NCBI GenBank assembly: GCA_034432445.1
Contig: DAOUBX010000204.1
Location: 2,143 to 66,142, forward strand
DNA: 64,000 nt
Direction of reading: 5' to 3'
From: Anaerolineales bacterium
GTDB lineage: Bacteria > Chloroflexota > Anaerolineae > JAAEKA01
Both the position numbers and the translations under genes were made by a program. The notes beneath the pieces are model-generated. The model was given only the letters and a program-made list of their open reading frames with translations. It was not told the DNA's origin and searched no databases. The stretch's first letter is position 1, and every line of letters begins with the position of its first letter. This document shows, piece after piece, positions 48,901 through 59,454 of the stretch.

Positions 48901-50511
48901 CTACATCCTGAACACCCCGTACCGCGTCTCGTTCACCGGCGCATTCAGGCAGGCCGACAGCGCCAGCCCCAGCACCTGCCGCGTCTCGGGTGGGTCGAGA
49001 ATACCGTCGTCCCACAGGCGCGCCGTGGAATAGTAGGGGCTGCCCTCCCGTTCGTATTTCTCCAGCGTGGGGCGCTTGAACGCCTCCTGTTCCTCGGGGG
49101 TCATTAGTGGCTGACCGCGGCGGGCCAGTTGCTCCTGCTTGACCGTGAGCAGCACGTTGGCGGCCTGCTCGCCTCCCATGACGCTGATGCGGCTGTTGGG
49201 CCACATCCACAGGAACCTGGGCCCGTAGGCGCGGCCGCACATGCCGTAGTTGCCTGCCCCGAAAGAACCGCCGATGATCACCGTCAGCTTGGGCACCTGG
49301 GCATTGGCCACGGCGTGCACCATTTTGGCGCCGTCCTTGGCGATGCCGCCTTGCTCGTACTGCTTGCCCACCATGAAGCCGGTGATGTTCTGCAAGAAGA
49401 GCAACGGGATGCGCCGGGCCGTGCACAGTTCCACGAAGTGCGCGCCCTTCAGGGCCGACTCGCTGAACAGGATGCCGTTGTTGGCCACGATCCCCACCGG
49501 ATAGCCCCAGATGCGTGCGAAACCGCACACCAGCGTCGTGCCGTAGAGCGCCTTGAACTCGCGGAGGCGGCTGCCGTCCACCAGCCGCGCGATCACCTCG
49601 CGCACGTCGTAGACCTCGCGAAAGGTGCGCGGGATGACGCCGTACAGCTCGGCCGGGTCGTACAACGGGTCCTCCGGCGGCGCGATGTCCAGATCCACCT
49701 GCTTGCGCGTGTTCAGCGTGGCCACAATGCTGCGCACGATCTCCAGCGCGTGCTCATCGTCCAGCGCCAGGTGGTCGGCCACGCCGGAGATGCGGGTGTG
49801 TACGTCCGCGCCGCCCAGCTCCTCGGCCGTCACCTCCTCACCCGTTGCGGCCTTCACCAGCGGCGGCCCGCCCAGGAAGATGGTGCCCGTGCCCTTGACG
49901 ATCACCGTCTCATCGCTCATGGCCGGCACGTAGGCACCGCCCGCCGTGCAGGAGCCCATCACCGCTGCAATCTGCGGAATGCCGGCCGCGCTCATGGTGG
50001 CCTGGTTGTAGAAGATGCGACCGAAGTCGTCCACGTCAGGGAAGACCTCGTCCTGCATAGGCAAGAACGCGCCGCCCGAGTCCACCAGGTAGATGCAGGG
50101 CAGGCGGTTCTCCAGCGCCACCTGCTGGGCGCGCAGGTGCTTCTTGACGGTCATGGGATAGTACGTGCCCCCCTTGACCGTGGCGTCGTTGGCCACGATC
50201 AGGCACTCATGACCGGCGACGGAGCCGATGCCGGTGACGATGCCGGCGCAGGGCGCGTCACCGTCATACAGCTCCCACGCGGCCAGGGGCGACAGCTCCA
50301 GGAAGGGGGAGCCGGGGTCCAGCAGCCGGTCGATGCGCTCGCGGACGAAAAGCTTGCCCTGCTCGGCGTGGCGTTGCTGGGCCAACTCGCCGCCACCCTT
50401 GCGCACCAGCGCCAGCCGGCTGCGCAGCTCCTCGGCTAGTCGACGATTGTGGGCTACATTGGCTTGAAATTGGGGGTCCTGCGGGTCGAGGTGTGAGTCG
50501 AGGACTTCCAT
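48901..50511 (-). CDS. Methylcrotonoyl-CoA carboxylase beta subunit / acyl-CoA carboxylase carboxyltransferase
   Basis: Start at MEVLDSHL, preceded by GGGAG RBS. ...[85 protein letters not shown]... is near-identical in pattern to MCC beta subunits. Confidence 0.85.
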   Translation of the reverse strand: MEVLDSHLDPQDPQFQANVAHNRRLAEELRSRLALVRKGGGELAQQRHAEQGKLFVRERIDRLLDPGSPFLELSPLAAWELYDGDAPCAGIVTGIGSVAGHECLIVANDATVKGGTYYPMTVKKHLRAQQVALENRLPCIYLVDSGGAFLPMQDEVFPDVDDFGRIFYNQATMSAAGIPQIAAVMGSCTAGGAYVPAMSDETVIVKGTGTIFLGGPPLVKAATGEEVTAEELGGADVHTRISGVADHLALDDEHALEIVRSIVATLNTRKQVDLDIAPPEDPLYDPAELYGVIPRTFREVYDVREVIARLVDGSRLREFKALYGTTLVCGFARIWGYPVGIVANNGILFSESALKGAHFVELCTARRIPLLFLQNITGFMVGKQYEQGGIAKDGAKMVHAVANAQVPKLTVIIGGSFGAGNYGMCGRAYGPRFLWMWPNSRISVMGGEQAANVLLTVKQEQLARRGQPLMTPEEQEAFKRPTLEKYEREGSPYYSTARLWDDGILDPPETRQVLGLALSACLNAPVNETRYGVFRM

Positions 50512-50546
50512 AGTCCGGCTCCCTTCAGGGTGCAAAATGGCAACTG

Positions 50547-50645
50547 CTCAGGCGCCTAGCATTGGAAACCATGGGCAATTGGCGCCTGAGTTGGTTTTGC
50601 AGACACGTTTGCAAACGAGAATCCAAGCGCCCAGCACCTGTGGCG
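50547..50645. repeat. MITE/REP-like element, variant subfamily (copy D), TIR CTCAGGCGCC / GGCGCCTGAG
   Basis: Core TTGCAGACACGTTTGCAAAC shared with copy E. 3' end CCCAGCACCTGTGG. Confidence 0.5.
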
Positions 50646-50783
50646 CTTGTGCAGAGAACAAGCGCCGCCATTATAACACAGCACTCCCGACGTTGTCCAC
50701 GAAAAAAGGGCTGCGGCCCGCAGGTTCCGTGGCGGAACCTAACGGGGCCGCAGCCCTTGTAGGCTTGTTTTGGGTAACTCTTC

Positions 50784-50892
50784 AGGTGCCGGGCATTGGA
50801 GACCGACCCGGAGGGGCTAGCGCCCGGTTGGCTGCTTAAGTCGGCTCTGCAAACACCATAGCAAAGGCAGACGCACGTGCCCGGCACCTATG
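50784..50892. repeat. MITE/REP-like element, full-length copy F
   Basis: CAGGTGCCGGGCATTGGAGACCGACCCGG...GTCGGCTCTGCAAACACCATAGCAAAGGCAGACGCACGTGCCCGGCACCTATGG. Both TIRs are present. It lies about 140 bp from copy D in the same mccB-dnaK intergenic region. Confidence 0.65.
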
Positions 50893-50935
50893 GTTGAACA
50901 GTTAGTCCGTTGTTACGCTGAGGCGGCTTGCCGTG

Positions 50936-52855
50936 CTACACGGCCCTGAACTCACCCTCGACCACATCGTCCGTGTCGGGCGTGCCGCTGCCGCGCGCGT
51001 GGCCATTGCCGGCGTGATAGCCGTTGCCGTAGCCTGCGCCACCCGTAGAAGCGCTGCCGTAGGCCTGCGTGCTGACGCGGTAGCTGGCCTGCTGCACGCG
51101 CTCCATGGCGCTGCGAATGGCGGTCACATCCTCACCCTTGAGCGTCTGGCGCAGGTCGTTGATCAACTGCTCGAGCGCCTGGCGATCGGCCTGGCTGATC
51201 TTGCCGTCTAGATCACGCAGCGTGCGCTCCACGGTGTGGGCCAGTGCATCGCCTTCGTTGCGAGCCTCGATCAACTTCTTGCGCCGCTCGTCGGCCGCCT
51301 TGTTGATCTCGGCCTCGCGCACCATGCGCTCCACCTCGGCCTTGCTCAAGTTGGTCGAAGCGGTGATGGTCACGCTCTGCTGCTTGCCGGTGGCCTTATC
51401 CTGGGCGCTGACATGCAGAATGCCGTTGGCGTCGATGTCGAAGGTCACCTCGATCTGCGGCAGGCCGCGCGGGGCCGGCGGAATACCCTCCAGGTTGAAC
51501 TGGCCCAGGCTCACGTTGTCGGCGGCCATCGGTCGCTCGCCTTGCAGCACATGGATCGTCACCGCCGTTTGGTTGTCTTCGGCCGTGCTGAAGATCTGGC
51601 TCTTGCGCACGGGCACCGTCGTATTGCGCTCGATCAACGGCGTCATCACGCCACCCAGGGTCTCCACACCCAGGGTCAACGGCGTCACGTCTAGCAGCAG
51701 CACATCTCTCACTTCACCGCCGAGCACGCCGGCCTGCAGCGCCGCGCCGACCGCCACCACCTCATCCGGGTTAACGCCCTTGTGCGGCTCCTTGCCGCCG
51801 CTGAGCTGACGCACCAGCTCCTGCACCATCGGCATGCGTGTGGCGCCGCCGACCAACACCACCTCGTCGATCTGGCTGGCCGAGAGCCGGGCGTCGCGCA
51901 GCGCGGCCTCGAACGGCCCGCGCAGCCGCTGAGTCAGATGCGCGCTGATCTGCTCGAACTTGCTGCGGGTCAGCCGCATCTGCAAATGCTTAGGCCCGCT
52001 GGCGTCGGCCGTGATAAAGGGCAGGTTGATCTCAGTCTCCAAGATGCTGGACAGCTCAATCTTGGCCTTCTCGGCTGCCTCCTTGAGCCGCTGCAGAGCC
52101 TGCCGGTCGTTGCGCAGATCGATGCCTTCCTGCCGCTTGAACTCCTCAGCGATCCAATCCATGATCACCTGGTCGTAGTCGTCGCCGCCCAGGTGGGTGT
52201 CGCCGGCCGTGGCCTTGACCTCGATCACGCCGTCGCCCACCTCCAGCACCGAGACGTCGAAGGTGCCGCCACCCAGGTCGAAGACCAGGATCGTCTCGTT
52301 GTTCTTCTTGTCCAGTCCGTAGGCTAGCGCTGCCGCCGTAGGCTCGTTGATGATGCGCAGCACCTCGAGGCCGGCGATCTTGCCGGCGTCCTTGGTGGCC
52401 TGGCGCTGGCTGTCGTTGAAATACGCAGGTACTGTGATCACAGCCTGTGTGACCGGTTCACCGAGATAGGCCTCGGCGTCGGCCTTCAGCTTACCCAGGA
52501 TCATGGCGCTGATCTCCTGGGGCGTGTAGGTCTTGTTCTTCACCGGGATGCGCACACGCGCGTCGCCAGAGGGCCCTTCGACCACGCTGAACGGCACACG
52601 CTGGCGCTCCTCGCTCACCTCGTGAAAGTGGCGGCCCATGAAGCGCTTGATGCTGAAAATGGTGTTTTCCGGGTTGACAACCGCCTGCCGTCGCGCCGTC
52701 TGGCCGACCAAGCGCTCGCCGTTCTTGGTGAACGCCACCACGGACGGGGTCGTGCGCCCGCCCTCGGCGTTCGGGATCACCACGGGGTCGCCGCCCTCCA
52801 TGACAGCTACCACCGAGTTCGTTGTTCCTAAGTCAATACCAACAATCTTGCTCAT
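50936..52855 (-). CDS. dnaK: Molecular chaperone DnaK (Hsp70)
   Basis: [18 protein letters not shown]..., 639 aa, full Hsp70 motifs. Confidence 0.95.
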   Translation of the reverse strand: MSKIVGIDLGTTNSVVAVMEGGDPVVIPNAEGGRTTPSVVAFTKNGERLVGQTARRQAVVNPENTIFSIKRFMGRHFHEVSEERQRVPFSVVEGPSGDARVRIPVKNKTYTPQEISAMILGKLKADAEAYLGEPVTQAVITVPAYFNDSQRQATKDAGKIAGLEVLRIINEPTAAALAYGLDKKNNETILVFDLGGGTFDVSVLEVGDGVIEVKATAGDTHLGGDDYDQVIMDWIAEEFKRQEGIDLRNDRQALQRLKEAAEKAKIELSSILETEINLPFITADASGPKHLQMRLTRSKFEQISAHLTQRLRGPFEAALRDARLSASQIDEVVLVGGATRMPMVQELVRQLSGGKEPHKGVNPDEVVAVGAALQAGVLGGEVRDVLLLDVTPLTLGVETLGGVMTPLIERNTTVPVRKSQIFSTAEDNQTAVTIHVLQGERPMAADNVSLGQFNLEGIPPAPRGLPQIEVTFDIDANGILHVSAQDKATGKQQSVTITASTNLSKAEVERMVREAEINKAADERRKKLIEARNEGDALAHTVERTLRDLDGKISQADRQALEQLINDLRQTLKGEDVTAIRSAMERVQQASYRVSTQAYGSASTGGAGYGNGYHAGNGHARGSGTPDTDDVVEGEFRAV

Positions 52856-52965
52856 TGCTTACCTCTCCTTTTTGCACTAATAGCCCAAATTTCTTCCCCA
52901 CTTTAGCAGGAGAGTGTTAGAGCAGCGTCGGCGGTGTGTTGGAGTTGTGTTAGAGATGAGAGCAC

Positions 52966-54237
52966 TTAGGCAGGGTGGTGCGCTGCTGTACCGGCTTCGT
53001 GCTCCGCCGCCAGCAGGGCTACAGCCACTGCAGTGCCCCACAAGGCCCAAACCAGGAAGGCTGGCCGCGTGTTCCAAGTCACGGCGTCGAGCAGGCCGTG
53101 GATCAGCGCCGCGCACAGCCCGGCTACTGCGCCGCGCTGCAGCCAGATTAGCTCCGATGCAGCCGAGTGGGACAGGGAGCGCAGGGAGCGATCGGCCAGC
53201 GCCACGGTGATCAAGCTCATGCTGACGAAAGCGATCAACCCTGGTAAACCCAAGTCAACCGCCACTTGCAGCCAGAGGTTGTGCGCGTGGGGAATGGTCG
53301 TGTCGGGCCCAAACAGAAAGTAAGGGTAGAGCAAGGGGATGACGCTTTGGAATGTGCCCATCCCGATGCCGGTGAAAGCAAAGTCCTGAATGGCATAGAG
53401 TGCGCGCGACCACACTTCCAACCGGCCATCCAACCCGCTCAGCGCATCAGCGGAGGTAGTCGATGTCAGCATCGTGTCGAGCCGACCTTGCCACACGAGC
53501 ACGGCCAGCGCCAAGACGACCAGTGGCGCCAGCAGCCATAGCCAACGCCACCGCAGCACAAGCAGGACGAATAAGGCGCCGGCGGCAGCAATCCAGGCCC
53601 CGCGCGACTGGGTTAGCGCTAGCACGGCCAGCACTCCTACCGCCGCCCCTGCGCCCAGGAGGCGCAGTAACCAACGGCGGCGTGGCCATGGCGCCGCGGC
53701 CCAGGCAAGCGTGAGCGGCCACAAGGCCACCAGGATGCCCGCCAGCACGTTCTCGTTCACGGCCATGCGCAGAGACATGGCACGGCTTTCACTGGCGCCG
53801 CGCAGTACTGCCGGGACAGCAAAGGGTAGGGTGCTCCCCCGCAACCAGAGCACAGCCAGGCCGGCCAAAGTGACGCCGGCCACAGCCAACCCGGCCCACG
53901 CCCAGCGGGCTCGGCTGGCTGACCGCGTCCACGTCACCAACGTCCAAAAAGCCACCACTTGCGCAGCAAACAAGGCGAGAGCTGTGCGCGTCAACTGGGG
54001 TGCAGCGGTGGCCCACAGCGTGATGGGCGCCATCGCCAGCCAGATCAGCCAGGGCCACGCCAAGGGCGTGCGCCGCAGCCAGATGCCGCTGGCCCAGCCA
54101 GCCCAGATCCACAAGACCAACAGCACGGCCAGCCCCACCGGCCAGTACCGGCCGTCTGACCACACGAACGGTAGCAACGCCAGGCCCGCCCACAGGGGGC
54201 GCAGACGTTCCAGCGTACAACCGATGGCGCGCAGCAT
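52966..54237 (-). CDS. O-antigen ligase (Wzy_C)-family membrane protein
   Basis: 423 aa, about 12 TM segments with a large periplasmic loop of Wzy_C type (...LTQSRGAWIAAAGALFVLL...). Confidence 0.65.
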   Translation of the reverse strand: MLRAIGCTLERLRPLWAGLALLPFVWSDGRYWPVGLAVLLVLWIWAGWASGIWLRRTPLAWPWLIWLAMAPITLWATAAPQLTRTALALFAAQVVAFWTLVTWTRSASRARWAWAGLAVAGVTLAGLAVLWLRGSTLPFAVPAVLRGASESRAMSLRMAVNENVLAGILVALWPLTLAWAAAPWPRRRWLLRLLGAGAAVGVLAVLALTQSRGAWIAAAGALFVLLVLRWRWLWLLAPLVVLALAVLVWQGRLDTMLTSTTSADALSGLDGRLEVWSRALYAIQDFAFTGIGMGTFQSVIPLLYPYFLFGPDTTIPHAHNLWLQVAVDLGLPGLIAFVSMSLITVALADRSLRSLSHSAASELIWLQRGAVAGLCAALIHGLLDAVTWNTRPAFLVWALWGTAVAVALLAAEHEAGTAAHHPA

Positions 54238-54414
54238 GACCCAGGATACCTTCAGTATGTAGGGATAGAGAGGATGGAGAAAGAGGTACTACGGCAGCAC
54301 ATGGTCGATAGCCCGGCGCAGAGGGGGCAAAACAACAAGCGCGCCTGCGCGGGAGTCGAGTCACGTCAAGGCGCGCCTGTTGTGTCAGGGTCGACAGATG
54401 CAGTCGTGGCTCGC

Positions 54415-56088
54415 TCAGGTGGCCTGGCTGGTGGCCTTAGGCGACCGTGCGCGTCGCAGTCTGCCGGCGCCAGACCCCTTATCGCTGGGGCCATCCTGCT
54501 CGTCGCCTTCGTTGTAGCGGCTGGCGTAGTAGTAGTAATAGTAGTAGTACTGGCCGCTCTTGCGTTCCGTCAGTTTGTTCAGCACAATGCCCAAAGGACG
54601 AGTGCCAACGCTGTCCAGTCGTTCAATGGCGCGGATTAGCATGTCGAAGCGGGTCTCGCCAGCGCTGGCAACGAGAATGAGGCCATCGACCTGGCTGGAA
54701 AGTATGGCTGCGTCGGCCACGGCCAGCACAGGGGGGCTGTCGATCAGAAGGATATCGTAACGCTCCCGCAGGATGTGGAGCATCTCCCGCATGCGTTCGG
54801 ATCCTAGCAACTCAGCCGGGTTGGGTGGAATGGGACCGGTGGTGAGCACGTACAGGTTGTTGTGGCCAGCGTCCTGAATGAAATCGTCCAGGTGGTCGCC
54901 GTGCTGCAGCAGGGCATTGGTCAATCCGATGCTATTGGGCAGTTGGAAGAGCTTGTGAAGGTTTGGCCGCCGCAGGTCGGCATCCAACAGCAGGACGCGA
55001 TTGCCGGCTTGGGCCAGGACCATGGCCAGGTTGGCGATCGTGGTGCTTTTGCCCTCGCCGGGGCCGGGACTGGTGACCATCAGTGTGCGCAACGGTTTGT
55101 CTAGCGACGAGAACTGCAAGTTCGTCCGCAACACGCGGTAGGCTTCCGCAGCGGGTGAGCGCGGGGCAGTCACCGCCACCAGGCGCTTCTGCGGCGAGTC
55201 GCCATCCAACGCAACAACGGCCGCCAGGGTCGGCAAGTTAGTGACGTCGCGCACGTCGTCAGGGCTCTTAATCGTGTCGTCGAGGTATTCGATAAGGAAT
55301 GCCGCTCCGATCGCCAGCATGGCTCCCACGATGGCTGCCAGCAGGGCGTTGAACAACGGACGGGGGCGAATGGGGTTGATCGGCGTCAGGGCCGGCGTGG
55401 CCAAAACGATGTTGTCAAGGGTCTGGGCTTCGGATAAGCGCAGCTCGGCCAGGCTGTTGAGCAATGAGCTGTAAGCGGCTTCGTAGCGCTTGAGCGCGCT
55501 TTGCAGCCTGTTCAGCTCGGCCTGTTCCTCGGGCGTCTGGGCGTTGGCCAGGCTGCTTATCGCTTCTTGCGTCGCCGTCATATCACTCTCGACAGACTGC
55601 AGCTCTGCCTGCAGTTCTCGGCGGGTCACCTCGTAGCGCTCGCGTTGGCGCTCTTGATTGAGGCTCTTGAACACCTCCGGCATGACGTTGGCTAAACGCG
55701 CTGCTACTTCGGGGCTGTTGGATTGGACCTGTAGATCGACCAGCTGCGTGTCGCGAATCGGGTTGACGGTGATCTCAATCTGGTATTGCTTTTGCAACGT
55801 GCGGAAGTCACCGCCGAATCCCAGCTGATCGGCGGCTTTCTCCAGGGTTGGCCAGTCCTGCAATAACTCGGCATAAGTGCGCGCCACGCGTTCGCTGGTC
55901 AGGATGTCGGCGTACTCGGTACCGCGCACCGGAGAGCGCGCCTGGTTGATGAGCACGGTGGCGGTGGCCTGGTAGATCGGCGTCTGTTGGCGGCTGATGA
56001 CGTAGGCGGTTACACCGGCGATCACCGTGCACGCAAAGATGAGGCGCAGCCATTTGCGCAGCAGGGTCACATATTGTCGCAATTCCAT
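54415..56088 (-). CDS. Polysaccharide co-polymerase/tyrosine autokinase (Wzc/CapAB-like) with C-terminal poly-Tyr cluster
   Basis: N-terminal Wzz-like domain with two TM segments. Walker A MVTSPGPGEGKSTTIANLA. Walker A' LLLDADLRRP. Walker B ILLIDSPP. C-terminal YYYYYYYYASRY autophosphorylation cluster. Confidence 0.85.
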   Translation of the reverse strand: MELRQYVTLLRKWLRLIFACTVIAGVTAYVISRQQTPIYQATATVLINQARSPVRGTEYADILTSERVARTYAELLQDWPTLEKAADQLGFGGDFRTLQKQYQIEITVNPIRDTQLVDLQVQSNSPEVAARLANVMPEVFKSLNQERQRERYEVTRRELQAELQSVESDMTATQEAISSLANAQTPEEQAELNRLQSALKRYEAAYSSLLNSLAELRLSEAQTLDNIVLATPALTPINPIRPRPLFNALLAAIVGAMLAIGAAFLIEYLDDTIKSPDDVRDVTNLPTLAAVVALDGDSPQKRLVAVTAPRSPAAEAYRVLRTNLQFSSLDKPLRTLMVTSPGPGEGKSTTIANLAMVLAQAGNRVLLLDADLRRPNLHKLFQLPNSIGLTNALLQHGDHLDDFIQDAGHNNLYVLTTGPIPPNPAELLGSERMREMLHILRERYDILLIDSPPVLAVADAAILSSQVDGLILVASAGETRFDMLIRAIERLDSVGTRPLGIVLNKLTERKSGQYYYYYYYYASRYNEGDEQDGPSDKGSGAGRLRRARSPKATSQAT

Positions 56089-56181
56089 GACGGGTCCTTT
56101 GACTGTCCGAATATCTGAAGAAGAGCTGAGAGTAGTCGCCTGAGGTAAGCCCAGGCGTCGCTACGCGGTAGCCTATTATCT

Positions 56182-57129
56182 CTACAATTGCCCTTGTTGC
56201 CAAGCTAGCTGTGCCGCCAATCCATCGGCAAGGGCGACCGCAGGCTGCCAACCGAGCAGGAGACGAGCCTTGCTGGTGTCACCGGCCGTGTGACGTGCAT
56301 CGCCGAGTTGTCGGGCCTCCCGGCGCACGTGCGCCGGCCGATCAGCCAGATGAGCCAGCAGATCAAGCACCTGGTTGACCGACGCCTGACTGCCGCCGCC
56401 GATGTTGAAGACTTGGCCGACCACCGGCTGTTGAACTGCCAGTAAGTTAGCTGCGACGACATCGGCCACAAAGGTGAAATCGCGCGTCTGCTCGCCGTCG
56501 CCGTAGACAGTAATGGTCTTGCCGGCCAACAGCGCACGAATGAAGCGGTGAAAAGCCATGTCTGGTCGCTGTCGCGGTCCGTACACCGTGAAATAACGCA
56601 GGCTCACCGTCGGCACGCCGGCCGTGCGCCAGTACAGCCAGCAAAGATGCTCGCCAGCCAACTTGGTCACGCCATAGGGAGAAATCGGCTGCGGCAGCAC
56701 ATCCTCGGGCGTAGGAAGGGTTTCGGCATCGCCGTAGATGGATGAAGATGACGCATAGACAAAGCGCCGCACCGTCACGGTGCGGCAAGCTTCCAGCAAG
56801 CGCTGAGTGGCCAACACATTGTTTTGCGTGTAAACCTGGAACGTTGCGCCCCAGCTAGTGCGCACACCCGGCTGCGCTGCGCTGTGAAAAATGATCTCGC
56901 AGCCCTGCTCGCGCAGCAACTTGGGTATGTCCAGCGTCAGCAGATCACCGACAACCAACGTGAAGCTGGGCTGATGGAGCAGGCCAGCCAGGTTGTGCTC
57001 TTTGACGGCGCGAGAATAGTAGTCGGTGAACGCATCGACGCCAACCACGCGATGGCCTTCCTGCAGCAAGCGTTCCGCCAGATGAGAGCCGATGAAGCCG
57101 GCGACGCCGGTGACGAGACAAACAGCCAT
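56182..57129 (-). CDS. NAD-dependent epimerase/dehydratase (UDP-sugar 4-epimerase / UDP-glucuronate decarboxylase-like SDR)
   Basis: Start at MAVCLVTGVAGFIGSHL (GxxGxxG). YxxxK = YGVTKLAGE. Confidence 0.8.
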   Translation of the reverse strand: MAVCLVTGVAGFIGSHLAERLLQEGHRVVGVDAFTDYYSRAVKEHNLAGLLHQPSFTLVVGDLLTLDIPKLLREQGCEIIFHSAAQPGVRTSWGATFQVYTQNNVLATQRLLEACRTVTVRRFVYASSSSIYGDAETLPTPEDVLPQPISPYGVTKLAGEHLCWLYWRTAGVPTVSLRYFTVYGPRQRPDMAFHRFIRALLAGKTITVYGDGEQTRDFTFVADVVAANLLAVQQPVVGQVFNIGGGSQASVNQVLDLLAHLADRPAHVRREARQLGDARHTAGDTSKARLLLGWQPAVALADGLAAQLAWQQGQL

Positions 57130-57179
57130 AACAGCATTATAGCACACAGGCCGCGGTCTCGGCGAGCGCGATCCCCTGT

Positions 57180-59444
57180 TTAGGGCGCAGTTGAAAGGGG
57201 GTAAAGGTTGCGTAACGCCGGATCGCCGAGCAGGTTAAAGGTGCGGATCATATCCGGATTGCCGCCGGCCTGGGCCAGATCACGCTTTGTGGCCTGGATC
57301 ACCTCGCCCAAGGTGGTGAACTGCCCCCCCAGAAGATGCTCATAGAAGCTGATGGCCACTGGGGTCTGTTCATAAGTTACCCCTTCGCTGGATGGCATGA
57401 ACGCGGCGACTGCGCCGCCTTCCGCCCACAGAAAAGCCTCGGCCAGCGATTGCGTTGTCGGATGCTGAAAGAAGCCGGTCAAGCAGGTGAGAGCCGTGAC
57501 AATCGGCAGCCGATCGCTGTTGCGCAGGCCGGCAGCGTCTTCGCTGCTCAGCAATTGACCGGCCCACCAACGCGGGCTGCCGTGGCCCACGTAGTTCACT
57601 AACCCCACACCGCGGGCCAGAGCGTTGAACAACTGACTGCGGGCAGCCTCGGGGTTGGCCATGGCCGGGTCTGCCAAGTCCATGCTCTCCACCCGATAGC
57701 CAGCCGGCGTCAAAACCTCGTCGGCAATGCGTTGGGAAGCTGTGGCAAACTCGGCCTCCTTGTCGGCTATCAACAGGGCATCGTGCAGCCAAGGAGCATC
57801 ACGCGTCACCTTCTCGTAAGCGATGATCTTGGTCGTAATCGCAGCGATTTCCTGCGCTGTGCGCGCCGGCAGCCGGCCCACCGCCAACTCCGGTGAGAGG
57901 TCATCGTCGAGATCGGCGTAGCAGTGGTCGCTGGCCGTCTCACCGACGAAGTGGGTTTCCACCAGACACGTAGGCGTTAGGTCAGCGTCGCGCACGGCCG
58001 GACCGCTGTAGCCGCGCGGGTCGTAAGTGGCGTCGCCGACCAACAACACAAAACGCGGGGGCGTTGACCACTGTTCGCTGGCAAAACGCAGGAAGTTGCG
58101 TATGGCCTCTGGTCCGCGCTGGCCGCCTGCGAACTGTTCATAGATGGCTTCCACGTCGGCTGTGACAGGTGTTAGGCCGTTTGCTTGGCGCCAGTCGCGC
58201 AGAGATTGCGTCGCCGCCAACAGCTGTGATGGCCCGATGACCACGTAGTCGCCGCCGACCATCTGACGCAGGTCGTCTGGCTGCGGCGCCACGACGCGCG
58301 CCGGTCGCCGCAGGCCCTCCATGCTCGCCACCGCATAGCGGCGCAGCGTATCGCCTGTGGCTGTCGCATCGGCAAACGCCAGCCCCGTGGCATCAGCCTT
58401 GAGTAGTTGCTGATCGCGCAAGAGCTGCACCGGATGTAGCGCGTCGCTGACATCCCACAAGAGCACCGTGCTTCCTGCCTTGAAACCACCGAGCACGAAG
58501 CTGCCAGGCGCAGCGCTGAACTCAAGTGCGTTGTCTTGGGCGGTCAGCCCTTGTGGATAGATAAGCTGCAACCAATCGGGGTAGTTTTGCTCGATGCGCG
58601 CGCCGGTATCCCCTGGCGCACGCAGCACGAGTGCGTTTTCGCCGGGCTTGAGCAGCCCTGCCGGCGCCTCAGCCTGGATCGACCAAAATCCCTGCCCTTC
58701 GTGGAAACCCTCGCCCAGCGTCTGGCCGTTCAACGCCAACACGACATGATGATCGGGGTCGGCCTCCAGCGAGGCCGTGTTGGCCCACAGGCGGATATGC
58801 AATTCGGCCGGCCCGTTGGCCGGGTTGGTTACCACCAAGGGCAGCGTGAGCTCGCGGCCGCCCAAGAGGACATCGCCCAGCCACTTGTCGCTGGCAGGGG
58901 CCGCCAGCAGCGCAGCGCCGTCGTCTGTGGGCACATCGACGGGCAGTCGCGAGCTGTAGGTTTGGTGCCACTCCACCGTTTGTACAGCAGCAGCGACGGT
59001 CTGCGCCTCGCCCGAGGCCGGGCCGACAGCCCGCGCCGTGGGGCGCAAGCCTCCTTCCGGCGCTACATCGAGCCAGTAGACCTGCTCGGCGCTGTAAGGA
59101 TTGTCGCTGGCCTCGGCGTAGAACACCAGGTGCAAGTCTTGACCCTCGCCCAGCGGCAGGAGCGGCACCGGCCGCTCTCCCCGGCGCAGTTGCCAAAGGT
59201 CCGGGGGTGTTTGGCGCACATCGACGCCTGCCTGCCGCAGGTTTTCGGCGGTGATTGCCGTCAGCCCAGACTCACGGGTGATGATTTTCAACGGCAAGGC
59301 GGCAGCCATTGCCGGCTGCGCCGCATCCCGTGGGGTGGTGCCGGTCGGCGAGAGCCCAGCCAGGGCCGCCGCGCCCACAGCCACAACCAGCAAGACTAGC
59401 GCTGCTAGGGCTAGCCAGCGCAAAGGTGGGGGGGAGAGAGACAT
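57180..59444 (-). CDS. Secreted C25-family (gingipain-like) cysteine peptidase-domain protein
   Basis: Signal peptide. C-terminal domain GLVNYVGHGSPRWW ... IVTALTCLTGFF (His/Cys catalytic dyad context of C25). Confidence 0.7.
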   Translation of the reverse strand: MSLSPPPLRWLALAALVLLVVAVGAAALAGLSPTGTTPRDAAQPAMAAALPLKIITRESGLTAITAENLRQAGVDVRQTPPDLWQLRRGERPVPLLPLGEGQDLHLVFYAEASDNPYSAEQVYWLDVAPEGGLRPTARAVGPASGEAQTVAAAVQTVEWHQTYSSRLPVDVPTDDGAALLAAPASDKWLGDVLLGGRELTLPLVVTNPANGPAELHIRLWANTASLEADPDHHVVLALNGQTLGEGFHEGQGFWSIQAEAPAGLLKPGENALVLRAPGDTGARIEQNYPDWLQLIYPQGLTAQDNALEFSAAPGSFVLGGFKAGSTVLLWDVSDALHPVQLLRDQQLLKADATGLAFADATATGDTLRRYAVASMEGLRRPARVVAPQPDDLRQMVGGDYVVIGPSQLLAATQSLRDWRQANGLTPVTADVEAIYEQFAGGQRGPEAIRNFLRFASEQWSTPPRFVLLVGDATYDPRGYSGPAVRDADLTPTCLVETHFVGETASDHCYADLDDDLSPELAVGRLPARTAQEIAAITTKIIAYEKVTRDAPWLHDALLIADKEAEFATASQRIADEVLTPAGYRVESMDLADPAMANPEAARSQLFNALARGVGLVNYVGHGSPRWWAGQLLSSEDAAGLRNSDRLPIVTALTCLTGFFQHPTTQSLAEAFLWAEGGAVAAFMPSSEGVTYEQTPVAISFYEHLLGGQFTTLGEVIQATKRDLAQAGGNPDMIRTFNLLGDPALRNLYPLSTAP

Positions 59445-59454
59445 ACGGTCGGCT

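Noticed and set aside
48662-50439. 288-aa minus and 436-aa plus ORFs overlapping the MCC beta-subunit gene
   Set aside because: The carboxyltransferase frame is unambiguous. The overlapping frames have no motifs and an extreme composition.
52856-52965. CIRCE/HAIR heat-shock operator upstream of dnaK
   Set aside because: TTAGCAGGAGAGTGTTAG and the duplicated GTGTTAGAG motifs do not match the CIRCE (TTAGCACTC-N9-GAGTGCTAA) or HAIR consensus well enough to call.
53474-54262. 262-aa plus ORF opposite the O-antigen ligase gene, and similar antisense ORFs at 35742-36623, 38712-39752, 47453-48139, 58536-59399
   Set aside because: These are high-GC antisense artefacts. Each is fully covered by a better-supported gene on the other strand.
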